Shown here one piece after another: positions 47,613-60,261 of a DNA stretch of 64,000 bases. The notes beneath the pieces were generated by a model. That model searched no databases and was not told where the DNA came from. It was given only the letters and a program-made list of their open reading frames with translations. This DNA comes from Polyangiaceae bacterium (GTDB lineage: Bacteria > Myxococcota_A > Polyangia > Polyangiales > Polyangiaceae). The stretch lies in assembly GCA_044376115.1 (NCBI GenBank), contig JBILLK010000016.1:96001-160000 (forward strand). Reading direction: 5' to 3'. Each line of letters opens with the position of its first letter. The stretch's first letter is position 1. A program made the position numbers and the translations under genes.

Positions 47613-49994
47613 ATGGCTCGGCTGTTCCGCCTCATCCCAGACGTCGACTACAAGAAACTGCCGCTCAACCCGGTGGAAGGCACTGTCTTCCTCAAGATTG
47701 ATGGGCAGTTGGCAGAACCGGAGATTGCCAAGGCGACGGGGTTTCACGCCGAGACTGTGCAAAAGGCGCTCGACCGTTTGGTTGAACTCGGCGCCATCGC
47801 GCTCGTCGACAAGGCGAAGGACCAAGCCGACCGAACGGTGAAAATGGCTACCGGCCTCGCGCTCGGTGGCAATCTCGGTAAAGGCGAACGTTACGACGCC
47901 AAACTGTTGGCGGAGGACATCGAGCTCGAGCTCGAGCGAAAAAAAGTCATCCTCGATGCCGCTGCGCGGCTCGAGAAGCTCAACTTCTACGAGCTGCTCG
48001 GGCTCCACCGCCTGGTCGACAAGAAGGAAGTGAAGGCAGCCTATTACGCCGTCGCTCCCGAGTTTCACCCAGACAAATTCTTCAAGCGCAAGCTCGGCAG
48101 TTACAAGTCGAAGATCGAGGCGATCTTCGCGCGGCTCACGCTCGCTCACGACACACTCTCCTCCTCACAGCGCCGCGCTGAGTACGACGAGTACCTCGCG
48201 ACGCTAGAGCAGGGTCGCCGCGCCGAGTCGCTGATGGACTCGTCGCACGATGCCATTCGCGAGGCCCAGGCGCTGATCGAGGCCGAGGCAAAGCGCGTAG
48301 CCGACGCCGCCGAGAAGGCGCAAAAAGACAAGGACCTGAGCGATCGCAAGCGCGCGTTGGCTGCGAAGCTTGGGCCGCGCGCCGGCGCAAAACCGAGCGG
48401 ACCTTCCGCGACCAATATCCCGCAGATGGATCCGCGCGCGGCGGCCGAGGCGTTGCGCGTGCGCTACGAATACGCCAAGGAACAAGCCGCCAAAGTGCAG
48501 CTCGAGTCCAGCTTGGAGAAAGGCCGGCTCGCTGCAGTCCAAGGGGATTGGGCGGGCGCGGCGAACTTGTTCCGCATTGCCGCGACCCTCGCGCCTTCGA
48601 ACCCCGACGTGCAACGAGAGGCCACTCAGGTCCTCACCCAAGCGGCTGTTCATCTCGCCGAGACCTTCGCCAAGCTCGGTGAGTTCGAGCTGCAGCAAGA
48701 GCGCTGGTTCGAGGCTGCCGCAAACCTGCTGAAGGCGTGCGCGGGCCGTCCCGATGAGGCGCGCCTTCATGAGCGTGCCGCCTACGCGGCCTTCAAGGAA
48801 GGCTCCAACCCAAAGCGAGCCGCAGAGTTGGCGAGGCGCGCCGTGGAGCTTTCGCCTCGGACGCCGCAGTTCCGCGTTACGTTGGCATACGCGTACGCGG
48901 CGGGCGGGCTCGCACAAAGCGCGAAGAACGAGCTGGACCGTGCGCTCGAGATCGCGCCCAAGAACGAGGCGGTAATGGAGTTGGTGAGCGCTGGGCGAGA
49001 GCTCGTCGCGGGCCTTCTTTCACGAGCTGGCGAAAAGCAGGCGAAGGCCTCGGAGCCAACGGCTCCCACCCCGCCAACCCCTGCGACGGGGCTGCCCGCC
49101 TTCCTCCCCCCGGTTGCATTGAACGCTGCTGCTCCACAGCCGGGCTATCCCGCGCCACCTCAAGCTTCTCCGTACGCTGCCCAAGCGGGCGCATACGCTC
49201 AGGCGCCCGCTGGCTACCCAGCTGCCGCAACTCATACGCAGCCGGCGCATGCGGCCCAACCAAACGCGTCGGCGGGTTACAATGCCGCACCAACGCAAGG
49301 CGGCGGGCAGTTCAACCAGTCCCACCCGTCCTCCGGTTACCCACAGCAACAGCCGCAAGCGATGCAGCACGCGAATTACGCGCAACCTGCCGGTGGGCAA
49401 TACTCGCAACCCACCTACCCGCAGCAGTTCGCCCAGTACCCGCAGCAGGCCTACCAAGCGAACCCCGGCTTCAATGCCGCTCAACCGGCGCAGCAGGCTC
49501 AACCTCAACAGACGCAGCAGGCTCAACCTCAACAGACGCAGCAGGCTCAACCTCAACAGGCTCAGCCCTACAATCAGGCTCAGCCCTACAATCAGGCGTA
49601 TCCAGCGCAGCAGGTGCAGGGAAACTACGGGCAGCCAACGGCCGCGTACACCTATCGACCAGGGCCGTACCCGGCGCACCCCACAGCGCAAGGTCAAGCA
49701 ATGCAACCGGCTCAGGGCTATGGCGCCGGGCCTTCGTATGGGCCCGGCTATGCCGCTGGGCCTTCGGGCTACGGAGGCATGGTGCCGGGACACGCCCCGC
49801 AAACGAATCTGCAGCAACCCTCCCCAACGTTTGGGCCCGCTCCGAGTGCATCGTCGCCACCACCTGCCCCTCAACCCGCGCCCGAGCCGCCGCCTGAGCA
49901 GATCCCGAGCCCAATGACCCCGGCTAAGACCAGCCCACCCGCCGGAAGGCCCTCCGGCGCGTACAGCGTGGTGCCAGAACCTCGGAAGAAATAG
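47613..49994 (+). CDS. J-domain (DnaJ class C) TPR protein with Gln/Pro/Tyr-rich tail
   Basis: NFYELLG...VKAAYY..A.EFHPDKF...AHDTLS....R.EYD; TPRs; long low-complexity C-terminus. Confidence 0.9.
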   Translation: MARLFRLIPDVDYKKLPLNPVEGTVFLKIDGQLAEPEIAKATGFHAETVQKALDRLVELGAIALVDKAKDQADRTVKMATGLALGGNLGKGERYDAKLLAEDIELELERKKVILDAAARLEKLNFYELLGLHRLVDKKEVKAAYYAVAPEFHPDKFFKRKLGSYKSKIEAIFARLTLAHDTLSSSQRRAEYDEYLATLEQGRRAESLMDSSHDAIREAQALIEAEAKRVADAAEKAQKDKDLSDRKRALAAKLGPRAGAKPSGPSATNIPQMDPRAAAEALRVRYEYAKEQAAKVQLESSLEKGRLAAVQGDWAGAANLFRIAATLAPSNPDVQREATQVLTQAAVHLAETFAKLGEFELQQERWFEAAANLLKACAGRPDEARLHERAAYAAFKEGSNPKRAAELARRAVELSPRTPQFRVTLAYAYAAGGLAQSAKNELDRALEIAPKNEAVMELVSAGRELVAGLLSRAGEKQAKASEPTAPTPPTPATGLPAFLPPVALNAAAPQPGYPAPPQASPYAAQAGAYAQAPAGYPAAATHTQPAHAAQPNASAGYNAAPTQGGGQFNQSHPSSGYPQQQPQAMQHANYAQPAGGQYSQPTYPQQFAQYPQQAYQANPGFNAAQPAQQAQPQQTQQAQPQQTQQAQPQQAQPYNQAQPYNQAYPAQQVQGNYGQPTAAYTYRPGPYPAHPTAQGQAMQPAQGYGAGPSYGPGYAAGPSGYGGMVPGHAPQTNLQQPSPTFGPAPSASSPPPAPQPAPEPPPEQIPSPMTPAKTSPPAGRPSGAYSVVPEPRKK
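49489..49597 (+). repeat. In-frame tandem repeats (24 bp x about 3, then 18 bp x 2)
   Basis: CGCAGCAGGCTCAACCTCAACAGA repeated at 49489-49559; CAGGCTCAGCCCTACAAT twice from 49557; encode QQAQPQQT and QAQPYN. Confidence 0.9.
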
Positions 49995-50244
49995 GCGTTG
50001 GTGTCACCAGAGCGAGTCAAGTTTCTGCCCTCGTTTGAGCGTGGCCGTAGTCACTTCACCAAAGGCGATGCAGCAATCCGTCTGGTGATTTGCAAAACTC
50101 TCGCCTTGCCTCCCAAACCCGTGTGATGCTTCGCGCGAGCGGTCAACCAACGCTCGCTGCTTAACAAGTCGCCAGTTGCCCCTGGCGACCGATCCGCCAG
50201 TCGCTCGTTAGTCGCGCAGAAGCGCGCAAACTCAGAGGAAATCG

Positions 50245-52071
<1,827 letters not shown>

Positions 52072-52088
52072 TTCCAGGACGCACAGGA

Positions 52089-53678
52089 TTGCAAGTGGCT
52101 GCGGACGAGGACGAGGACGTTGATTCAGGATGGGAGATGCCCGTTGCGCCATCGCCAGCGGAGCCGCCTAGCGTCGATTCGCAGCCCTCCGCCCTGAAAA
52201 CAGCGGAGCCGCAGCCTGTCGAGGAGCCTCCTCCGTCGCAGACCGCTGTTCAAACGGTGCGACCAGCCGCTCCCAGCACGTTGTCCGTGGAGAAGATTCC
52301 GCGGCCTCCTCCGACGCTTCGGGCCGACGTCCCAAGAATGCGTGCCGCTCTCTCGGTCCCTCGCCCTGCCGAGCCACCGCTGCCAACTATGCGCCAGCTC
52401 GATAACGCGGCGCTCGACGCGGAAGATGAGCCCTCGCCGCTCACGCGCCGTGCGCAAGAGCACGAGTTGCCTTTGCTGCTCGAGTCGGAAAGCGGCACTC
52501 GTCCGGCTCTTGGGCCTAGTGCCAATTTCGACGAGCTGGTCACCGGACGTGAGCTCAACCGCTCCATCACCCCGGTTCACGGAAACGCCGCCACGCTCGC
52601 ACGCAAGCTCGACGCAGGCGTGCACACGCGCCCAACCCCTCCGGCGCGTGCAAGCGTCAACCCACCGCCAGCGACCCCTCTTCCTCCGGCAGGTCCAGCG
52701 TTGCGCTTCTCATCTGAGGGGCTCGACATGGCACGCAAGCGAGGGCGCGCCGAAACGAAGGTCAACCTGTCGTTGGCGGAGCTGGCAAAAGCCAACTTGT
52801 CGGACCCTGCGCTCGACCTCCATCTCGAGGACTTCGATCTCGCGGCCAAGCCAGCTTCGACGCCACCCATCGATGAGCTCGATGACCTACCGATCTCCGA
52901 AATGATCGAGTCGGCGAGGCCGTCTTCCATCCCTCGACGAAGCTCGTTTCCGATGCCGTTCATCGAGTCGAAGCTGCCGCCGACGGCAAAACCCGTTGCG
53001 CAGGAAACAGCGCCGCAAGCAGCTGTTGCGCCGTCGCTCGACGCCGATGACGAGCTCGATCCTTTCGACCAGATCGGTCGCCCGACGCTGCCGGTCGCCT
53101 TGACCGATACCGAGGTTTCGTTCGGTGACGAGGTTGGGCTTTCGGAGGAGGAAGAGGCGGCCTTGAACGAGGAGTTTTCCCTCGATTCGGTGGGAGCCGT
53201 TTCCATGGCGGCCGACTCTTTGGCGGTCACCGCGGAAGCTCCAGCAGCTGCGGCTTTGGCCGCTTTGCTGGCTATCGAGGCCGCACCCGACTCGGTAAAG
53301 CTCGAGGCGTTGCGCCTACGTTTCGAGAAGGGCGACTTTACCGGTGTGTTGATGCGCGCCGAGGGGTTGCTCGAGACGCATCCGGATTGCACGCCCGCGC
53401 GGCGGCTCGTGGAAGCGTGTCAGGAGCGCCTCAAGGAGACTTATAAATCGCGGTTGGGTAGCGGCTCCGAGGTCCTGCGCGTGATGATGCGGCCCGACGA
53501 GATCCAGGGGCTCTCGCTCGACCATCGCGCGGGCTTCCTGATGTCGCTATGCGACGGCGTATCGACATTGGATGAGATTGTCGACATGTCCGGTATGGCC
53601 GAGCTGGACGTCTTGCGTCTGCTGTTTGAGATGCGCGAACAAGGCGTCGTAGCGATTGCCGGCACCAACGGTCGATGA
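52089..53678 (+). CDS. Hypothetical protein: long Pro/acidic disordered region plus C-terminal helical/wHTH-like domain
   Basis: ORF fills the gap between dnaK and the peptidase (ATGA overlap); C-terminus LDHRAGFLMSLCDGVSTLDEIVDMSG; start uncertain. Confidence 0.75.
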   Translation: MQVAADEDEDVDSGWEMPVAPSPAEPPSVDSQPSALKTAEPQPVEEPPPSQTAVQTVRPAAPSTLSVEKIPRPPPTLRADVPRMRAALSVPRPAEPPLPTMRQLDNAALDAEDEPSPLTRRAQEHELPLLLESESGTRPALGPSANFDELVTGRELNRSITPVHGNAATLARKLDAGVHTRPTPPARASVNPPPATPLPPAGPALRFSSEGLDMARKRGRAETKVNLSLAELAKANLSDPALDLHLEDFDLAAKPASTPPIDELDDLPISEMIESARPSSIPRRSSFPMPFIESKLPPTAKPVAQETAPQAAVAPSLDADDELDPFDQIGRPTLPVALTDTEVSFGDEVGLSEEEEAALNEEFSLDSVGAVSMAADSLAVTAEAPAAAALAALLAIEAAPDSVKLEALRLRFEKGDFTGVLMRAEGLLETHPDCTPARRLVEACQERLKETYKSRLGSGSEVLRVMMRPDEIQGLSLDHRAGFLMSLCDGVSTLDEIVDMSGMAELDVLRLLFEMREQGVVAIAGTNGR

Positions 53679-55609
53679 CCTCGCTCCGCGAGGAGATCAC
53701 GCTCGCTGCGGTCGGGGTTGGCTTTTTGTGGTTGCTCTTGAGCTGCGGGCTTGCTCGCGTTCCCACGGTCACAGCGGAGCCCGTGATCACGCCGACCAAC
53801 CGTTCGCTCGGCGAAGGCGCGCAGGAACCGGCTGCTGATCCAGCGCCGCTCTCGCACGTCCTCGCGCCGCCTGCCACCGCGGTGGCCAGCTACACGCTGA
53901 ACGCTGAACTGGACCCAGCAAGCCACATCGTCCGCGGCACCGGCACGATTCGCTTTCGCAACCACTCACAAAAGAGCCTCTCTTCGCTGTGGCTGCACCT
54001 TTACTTGAACGCCTTCGCTGACGACGAGACGATCTTCGCGAGCAAGAGCGCCAGCGGCTTCAGGGGAAATAGTGGGCCGTTTGATCACGGTTCGATCGAC
54101 CTCACGTCCTTTCGCTGGTCCGAGGCCAACGCCGAACTTGTTTCGCAAGCGCGCTTCCCAACGCCAACAGACCGCACCGACGTCGAGTTGCCGTTACCGC
54201 GGCCGCTCGCCCCCGGTGAAGAAGCGCACTTCGAGGTCAGCTTCGAGTCAAAGTTGCCGGAGATCGTGCTTCGAACCGGCTACCACGATCGGTTCCACAT
54301 GGTTGCCCAGTGGTTCCCCAAGCTAGCCAAGATCGAAGCCGATGGAAGCTTTGCTCACTTCCCGTTCGAGCGCTTCAGCGAGTTCTACGCCGACTATGGG
54401 GACTACGACGTCTCCCTCACGATGCCGGAGGAGTTCGTGGTTGCGGCGGTCGGGAAGGAGGTGGCTCGCTCAGTGCGCGACGGCAAGCGCACCACCCGCC
54501 ACGTACAGTCCTCGGTGATCGACTTCGCTTTCGCCGCCTGGGATGGTTTTGCGATCGAGACCCGCAGCGCGGGCAACGTTCAGCTCTCGTGCGTCTTTCC
54601 ACGCGGGCAGGAGAACGCCGCTCGCATCCAGCTCGATACAGCCGTCGCCGGGCTCGAGTACTTCGGTCGAACGTTTGGCGAGTACCCTTATGAAACGCTG
54701 ACCCTGGTCCATCCGCCGAGCGGCGCTGGTGAAGCCGGGGGCATGGAGTATCCGACGCTGATCACCACCGGTGCGGAGCTCGACATCCGCGTGCCGGCTC
54801 GCATCCTCGAGATTCTCACGCTGCACGAGCTCGGCCATCAGTGGTTCATGGGGCTCGTAGCGACGAATGAACACGCGTGGCCCTTTCTCGATGAAGGGTT
54901 GACCACCTATGCAACGGGGCTCGCAATGGACGCACTTCACCCGGATGGCGTGGTACCGCTGTTGCCGTTTCGCGTCGGCGTTCAGGCTTTCGAGCGCAGC
55001 TTTCAACTCGGTGCCTTTGCTGCAGCTCCGGTCGCGAGTGCGTCGGGTTCATTCTCGCGCGGCGGTGACTACGGTGCGCTCGTCTACCAACGCAGCGCGA
55101 CGATCCTGCGCACGATCGATAAGGTCTACGATGGCGCCGCTCAGCGCGCAGTCGCTCGTTATGCGCGCGAACAGCGCTTTGCGCACCCCGGGCCAAAGGC
55201 GCTGGTTGCGGCCATCCGAGCGGAGGCCGGAGCCGAAGCTGGGGCCTTCTTCTCTAGTGCTATCTTCGATAAGGCCAGCCTCGACTACTCGATCGATGGC
55301 GTGCCGCAGGACAACCAGGTCGCGATCAAGCGCAACGGCGAGCTGGTGCTACCTACGCAGGTTTGGGCGCTCGACAGCTCGGGCAAGAGCTTCGTGGTCG
55401 ACGTTCCAGTCGCTCAGATCGATGAGCCGGTGCTCATCCCCACCGAGCTACCACTCGTCCGCGTTTGTGTGGATCCTGGTCAGAAGCTCGCGATCGATGA
55501 GTTTCGCGCCAACGACTGTGCGATGCGCGACGAGAGCGGCCTAGCGTGGCGAACCCTGGCCTTCACCGACCTTGCGTTGTCCGCGACGATAGGAGCGCTC
55601 ACCCCGTGA
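53675..55609 (+). CDS. M1 family zinc aminopeptidase, exported
   Basis: GGMEYP exopeptidase motif; HELGH-x18-E; QWFPK; N-terminal signal/lipobox-like LLSC. Confidence 0.92.
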   Translation: MTSLREEITLAAVGVGFLWLLLSCGLARVPTVTAEPVITPTNRSLGEGAQEPAADPAPLSHVLAPPATAVASYTLNAELDPASHIVRGTGTIRFRNHSQKSLSSLWLHLYLNAFADDETIFASKSASGFRGNSGPFDHGSIDLTSFRWSEANAELVSQARFPTPTDRTDVELPLPRPLAPGEEAHFEVSFESKLPEIVLRTGYHDRFHMVAQWFPKLAKIEADGSFAHFPFERFSEFYADYGDYDVSLTMPEEFVVAAVGKEVARSVRDGKRTTRHVQSSVIDFAFAAWDGFAIETRSAGNVQLSCVFPRGQENAARIQLDTAVAGLEYFGRTFGEYPYETLTLVHPPSGAGEAGGMEYPTLITTGAELDIRVPARILEILTLHELGHQWFMGLVATNEHAWPFLDEGLTTYATGLAMDALHPDGVVPLLPFRVGVQAFERSFQLGAFAAAPVASASGSFSRGGDYGALVYQRSATILRTIDKVYDGAAQRAVARYAREQRFAHPGPKALVAAIRAEAGAEAGAFFSSAIFDKASLDYSIDGVPQDNQVAIKRNGELVLPTQVWALDSSGKSFVVDVPVAQIDEPVLIPTELPLVRVCVDPGQKLAIDEFRANDCAMRDESGLAWRTLAFTDLALSATIGALTP

Positions 55610-56439
55610 CAGCGGTGCAAGCTGCCGGCGCTCCTCGGAGAATCGCCGTCATCAGTGGCGTAGCGTTGGTGGTGGTGGCGCGTTTGGCCGCAACGTTGCC
55701 GGCGGCGCTTTCAACTTCGAGCGTGGTCGCTCGTTCGACGAGCGCCTTTCCCTTGGGCGAGCTCGCGCTATTCGAGCACGGTGGAGAGCTGCTCGCTGAG
55801 GTGCTGCGTCGCAACCGACCGAATCCGACGGTGCTGCTGATCGCGGTGCTGGCGCACGCACTTCTGCTGCTCGTGCCGGATGGGAGCCTTGTGGCGCTGG
55901 TGACTGGCGCCGCTCGCTCTATCGGTGCAGCTCTCCTCGGCTCCGCAAAACGTCTGGGATTCCTATTCGCTGCGTTTGCTTTTTCGCTCGTCGGACGAGC
56001 TCTGGCGGTGATGGTGGTGTTCTTCTTTTGGCAGCGGTTTTCAGGCGCCGGAACGGTGTTGCTGATCCTGATCGGTGTGGCGCTTGGCCTCGGCACAGAG
56101 AGCTTCGCGATCAACGCAAAGCTGGATGCGATCCGCGGCCTGCGCGCACGCGCGGCGCTGGCCTCCGCTTTCACATGGCGTCGCACGCTCACCACGATGC
56201 CGCTCACGGCCCTCCACCTCGTGGTGCAGTTGCTGCTCGTGGCGGCGCTGCTCGCCGTGGGGGCAGGCGGGATGGTCCAGCGTTTCTTCGTCGGCCATGG
56301 GCTCGTCGGCCTGCTGCTCGTGGTCGCGTCAGTGCTCGCGCGAGCCGCTCTTTACCGCGTTCTTGCAAGGCGTTCGGGGGCTCCCCCCGATGTTCGAGAA
56401 GAAAATGACGAGACGGCTTGCCGAGTTCCGAGCAACTAG
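55606..56439 (+). CDS. Hypothetical polytopic membrane protein
   Basis: GTGA overlap with the M1 gene; about 6 hydrophobic segments. Confidence 0.65.
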   Translation: MTAVQAAGAPRRIAVISGVALVVVARLAATLPAALSTSSVVARSTSAFPLGELALFEHGGELLAEVLRRNRPNPTVLLIAVLAHALLLLVPDGSLVALVTGAARSIGAALLGSAKRLGFLFAAFAFSLVGRALAVMVVFFFWQRFSGAGTVLLILIGVALGLGTESFAINAKLDAIRGLRARAALASAFTWRRTLTTMPLTALHLVVQLLLVAALLAVGAGGMVQRFFVGHGLVGLLLVVASVLARAALYRVLARRSGAPPDVREENDETACRVPSN

Positions 56440-56467
56440 GGTATGAATTCGCCCGTCAACAACGCAA

Positions 56468-56540
56468 GCCCAGGTAGCTCAGTTGGTAGAGCAGAGGATT
56501 GAAAATCCTCGTGTCGGCGGTTCGATTCCGTCCCTGGGCA
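56468..56540 (+). tRNA. tRNA-Phe(GAA), CCA not encoded
   Basis: Acceptor GCCCAGG/CCTGGGC-A, D-arm GCTCAGTTGGTAGAGC, anticodon arm GAGGA-TTGAAAA-TCCTC, T-loop TTCGATT. Confidence 0.98.
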
Positions 56541-56720
56541 CTGAGAGTGCCGTGTTCGCGATAGTCGCTCGGGGGAGCTGACGCGGTCACAGGCCCAGAG
56601 TGAGCCGCTGACCGGGTGTGGACTCGCGAGCCGGGTGCGCGTCGGCTGCGTCTGAAAGCGGTTCGCGAACACGGCTTTTTGCGCGCCTCGGTCGCTCGAA
56701 TTCGTAGTGGCGACAAAACG

Positions 56721-56751
56721 AAAAACGCGAGCCTTGCGACTCGCGTTTTTT
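56721..56751. terminator. Bidirectional intrinsic terminator
   Basis: AAAAACGCGAG-N8-CTCGCGTTTTTT between convergent tRNA-Phe and lipoprotein genes. Confidence 0.85.
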
Positions 56752-56781
56752 CGCTCGAACCGTTGCCGGCTCGCTAGGAAC

Positions 56782-56979
56782 TCACTTGGCGGCGGGAGCA
56801 GCCGTGTCGGCGGCGGGAGCAGCCGTGTCGGCAGCGGGAGCAGCCGTATCAGCAGCGGGAGCAGCGGTCTCGGCAGCGGCCGTTGCGGTGCTCTCAGCGT
56901 TGGCGGCGTCCGTCTTGCCACCACCGCAAGCTGCGAGGGCGAGGGCGAGGATAGCGCTAACGACGACGATCTTATTCAT
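56782..56979 (-). CDS. Small Ala/Pro-rich lipoprotein (65 aa)
   Basis: GGAGG RBS; MNKIVVVSAILALALAACGGGK; four TAAPAA(D/K) units; own terminator. Confidence 0.85.
   Translation of the reverse strand: MNKIVVVSAILALALAACGGGKTDAANAESTATAAAETAAPAADTAAPAADTAAPAADTAAPAAK
56788..56871 (-). repeat. 21-bp tandem repeat x4 inside the lipoprotein gene
   Basis: Plus-strand unit GGCGGCGGGAGCAGCCGTGTC, two exact and two variant copies. Confidence 0.9.
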
Positions 56980-57214
56980 GGAAGCCTCCGAGAAAATGGG
57001 CGCTCTTCGAAGACGAGAGGCCCGGAAAGATTTTGGATTCAACCCATAGACGCCCGGCACGGCTCAAAGGGCTCGCAGCGCCGAAAAAAAACTCTGCCAA
57101 CCCCGAAGGTGGATTCAATTCCACCGAAGGTGGACGTAGCAAACAGAATGACTCGGGCCCTCTGCGAGAAAACGGCCGAAGGCCCCATTGGACCTTCGAC
57201 TCGGCACGAGTCAT

Positions 57215-58297
57215 TCAATAAGTGCCAGCGAGCGCCGCGAGCCAACGCGCGAAAATGGCCTGACCTTCGACCAATGCGGCCAGGCTGGTGGACTCGTTGC
57301 GCTGGTGAGCCTGCGCGTTGTCGCCTGGGCCAAAGTTGACCGCCGGTATGCCGATCGCCGCAAAGCGAGCGACGTCGGTCCAGGCCTGTTTGGGCTCCAC
57401 CGCGACCACGCCGGACTTGGCCAACGCTTTGACCAACGGATGATCGGCGAACGGCCTCGCCGAGGGGCTCTCGTCGTTGAAGGTGACCGTGGCTCGACCG
57501 GCGACCGCATCGAGCACCTCTTGCTTCGCCTGCTCGACCGTTTTGTCTGGGGAGAAGCGGGCGTTCACGTTGAGTTCGAAGCCGTCAGGAACGATGTTGC
57601 GGCCGCGACCGCCGTGCGCCTGAGTAACCGACATGACCGAGCGGTAGGTGAGCCCGTCGAGCACGACCTCTTGCGGCTGCCGCGCGGCGAGGTCGGTAAG
57701 GAAGCTGCCGGCCTTGTGGATCGCGTTGTCGCCCTGCCACGGTCGCGCTGAATGCGAGGTCTTGCCTTGAAAAAGCACCTTCGCGTGAAGTGAGCCGCTG
57801 GCGCCGAGGCTCAGCTTGTTGTCGCTCGGCTCGAGGCAGACCGCGAGCGTTACCCGACTGAGTTCCGGGTCTTGCTCGAGCACCGGCCCAAGCTCGTTCT
57901 CGGCGTAGGGGCCTTCTTCTCGCGAATAGAAGACCAACGTCAAATCGACATGGTTCTCGTAGCAGCCGCGATCCCGCTCCAATAGCTCGATCATCACGGC
58001 CAACCCGCTCTTCATGTCGGCTGCACCAGGGCCAAAAATCCGATCCCCTTCGACCCGAGGTGAGCCTTCATGCTCGGTGCGTACGACGTCGAGGTGGCCA
58101 CACAACGCGATCGCCGGGCCGCCCGTTCCGCGCGTCACCGGGACTACGATCGAGTTGAGGGTTCGTCGAATCGGCGCGGCTAGCTTCGCCCCTTCGAGCC
58201 GGGCGATCAGCGCGTCACACAAGGCTGCCTCGTCCCCGATGAACGACGGGATGGAGAGGAGCCAAAGCAGCGTGTCAACGATGGCAGGATGATTCAC
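57215..58297 (-). CDS. dapE: Succinyl-diaminopimelate desuccinylase (M20, actinobacterial-like type)
   Basis: GHLDVV, G.GAADMKSG, REE, EP, HSARPW.G.NA, WTDVARF, GPG....AH; adjacent to dapD. Confidence 0.9.
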   Translation of the reverse strand: MNHPAIVDTLLWLLSIPSFIGDEAALCDALIARLEGAKLAAPIRRTLNSIVVPVTRGTGGPAIALCGHLDVVRTEHEGSPRVEGDRIFGPGAADMKSGLAVMIELLERDRGCYENHVDLTLVFYSREEGPYAENELGPVLEQDPELSRVTLAVCLEPSDNKLSLGASGSLHAKVLFQGKTSHSARPWQGDNAIHKAGSFLTDLAARQPQEVVLDGLTYRSVMSVTQAHGGRGRNIVPDGFELNVNARFSPDKTVEQAKQEVLDAVAGRATVTFNDESPSARPFADHPLVKALAKSGVVAVEPKQAWTDVARFAAIGIPAVNFGPGDNAQAHQRNESTSLAALVEGQAIFARWLAALAGTY

Positions 58298-58311
58298 CGG
58301 AACCTCAAGCT

Positions 58312-59142
58312 TCAGACGGGTACGGAGAAATCACGTAGCGCGCTGTTGAGCGACACCTTGCGATCAGTACCGGCGTTGCGCTCGCCGATGATCAGCGCGC
58401 AGGGCACGTGATACTCGCCCGCGGGGAACTTCTTCGGTCGCGTACCAGGAATCACGATCGAACGGGCTGGAACGCGGCCGCGATGCTCGATCGGCTCTTG
58501 GCCGCGTACATCGATGATCACAGTGGACGCCGTGAGCACGACGCCCGCGCCGATCACCGCCTCGGCCTCGACCACGACGCCCTCGACGACCACCGCGCGA
58601 GAGCCGACAAACACGCCATCTTCCACGATCACCGGCCGAGCCGAGGGCGGCTCGAGCACGCCACCGATCCCGACCCCACCGGAGAGATGGCAGTCTTTCC
58701 CGATCTGCGCGCAGCTACCGACGGTAGCCCAGGTGTCCACCATGGTTCCGGCGCCCACCCTCGCTCCGATGTTCACGTAGCCAGGCATCACGATCACTCC
58801 GGGCTCCAGGTACGCCCCGTAGCGAACCGTCCCCGGAGGTACCACTCGCACCTTCGAAAGGTCGGATTTGACCGGCAACTTGTCGTGAAAATGCAGCGGG
58901 CCAGCGTCTTCCGGCGAAAGCGTACAGACGGCGAAGTAGAGCAGGATGGCTTGTTTGACCCACTCGTGGGTGACCCACTCGCCGCTGCTCGCGTCCTTTT
59001 CGGCTACGCGCAGTTCCCCCGCGTCGAGCAGCGCGAGAACACGGCGAACCGCGCTCTCGGCGCCCTTCAGCTGGCTGCGATCCGCATAAGCCGCAGCGAC
59101 GATGGATTGAAGCTCCGCTACTTCAGGATGATTCGACGTCAC
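58312..59142 (-). CDS. dapD: Tetrahydrodipicolinate N-succinyltransferase
   Basis: LD.GELRVAE, W.K.AILLYF, VDTWATVGSCAQIG, HLSGGVGIGGVLEP. Confidence 0.97.
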   Translation of the reverse strand: MTSNHPEVAELQSIVAAAYADRSQLKGAESAVRRVLALLDAGELRVAEKDASSGEWVTHEWVKQAILLYFAVCTLSPEDAGPLHFHDKLPVKSDLSKVRVVPPGTVRYGAYLEPGVIVMPGYVNIGARVGAGTMVDTWATVGSCAQIGKDCHLSGGVGIGGVLEPPSARPVIVEDGVFVGSRAVVVEGVVVEAEAVIGAGVVLTASTVIIDVRGQEPIEHRGRVPARSIVIPGTRPKKFPAGEYHVPCALIIGERNAGTDRKVSLNSALRDFSVPV

Positions 59143-59179
59143 GCTCCCGAACTACACGAGCCGCGTGCCTGAGGCTACG

Positions 59180-60094
<915 letters not shown>

Positions 60095-60261
60095 AAAGAC
60101 TCCAAGCATCAGGAAGGGAGGTTCTGGCCAAAGCCGGCCACACCTCGAGAGTCTATGGATGGGAGGCGATGGTGGTGACTCATGTTGCGCGCTCAACTGG
60201 AGAAAGCGTTGACCCCGAGAACACGTCCGTCACACTTTCCCGCCCAGGTACGACCTCGGGC

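Noticed and set aside
49995..50244. CIRCE element upstream of dnaK
   Set aside because: No TTAGCACTC-N9-GAGTGCTAA seen.
56468..57214. Genomic island integrated at tRNA-Phe
   Set aside because: No integrase or transposase, and no duplicate of the tRNA 3' end noticed in the window.
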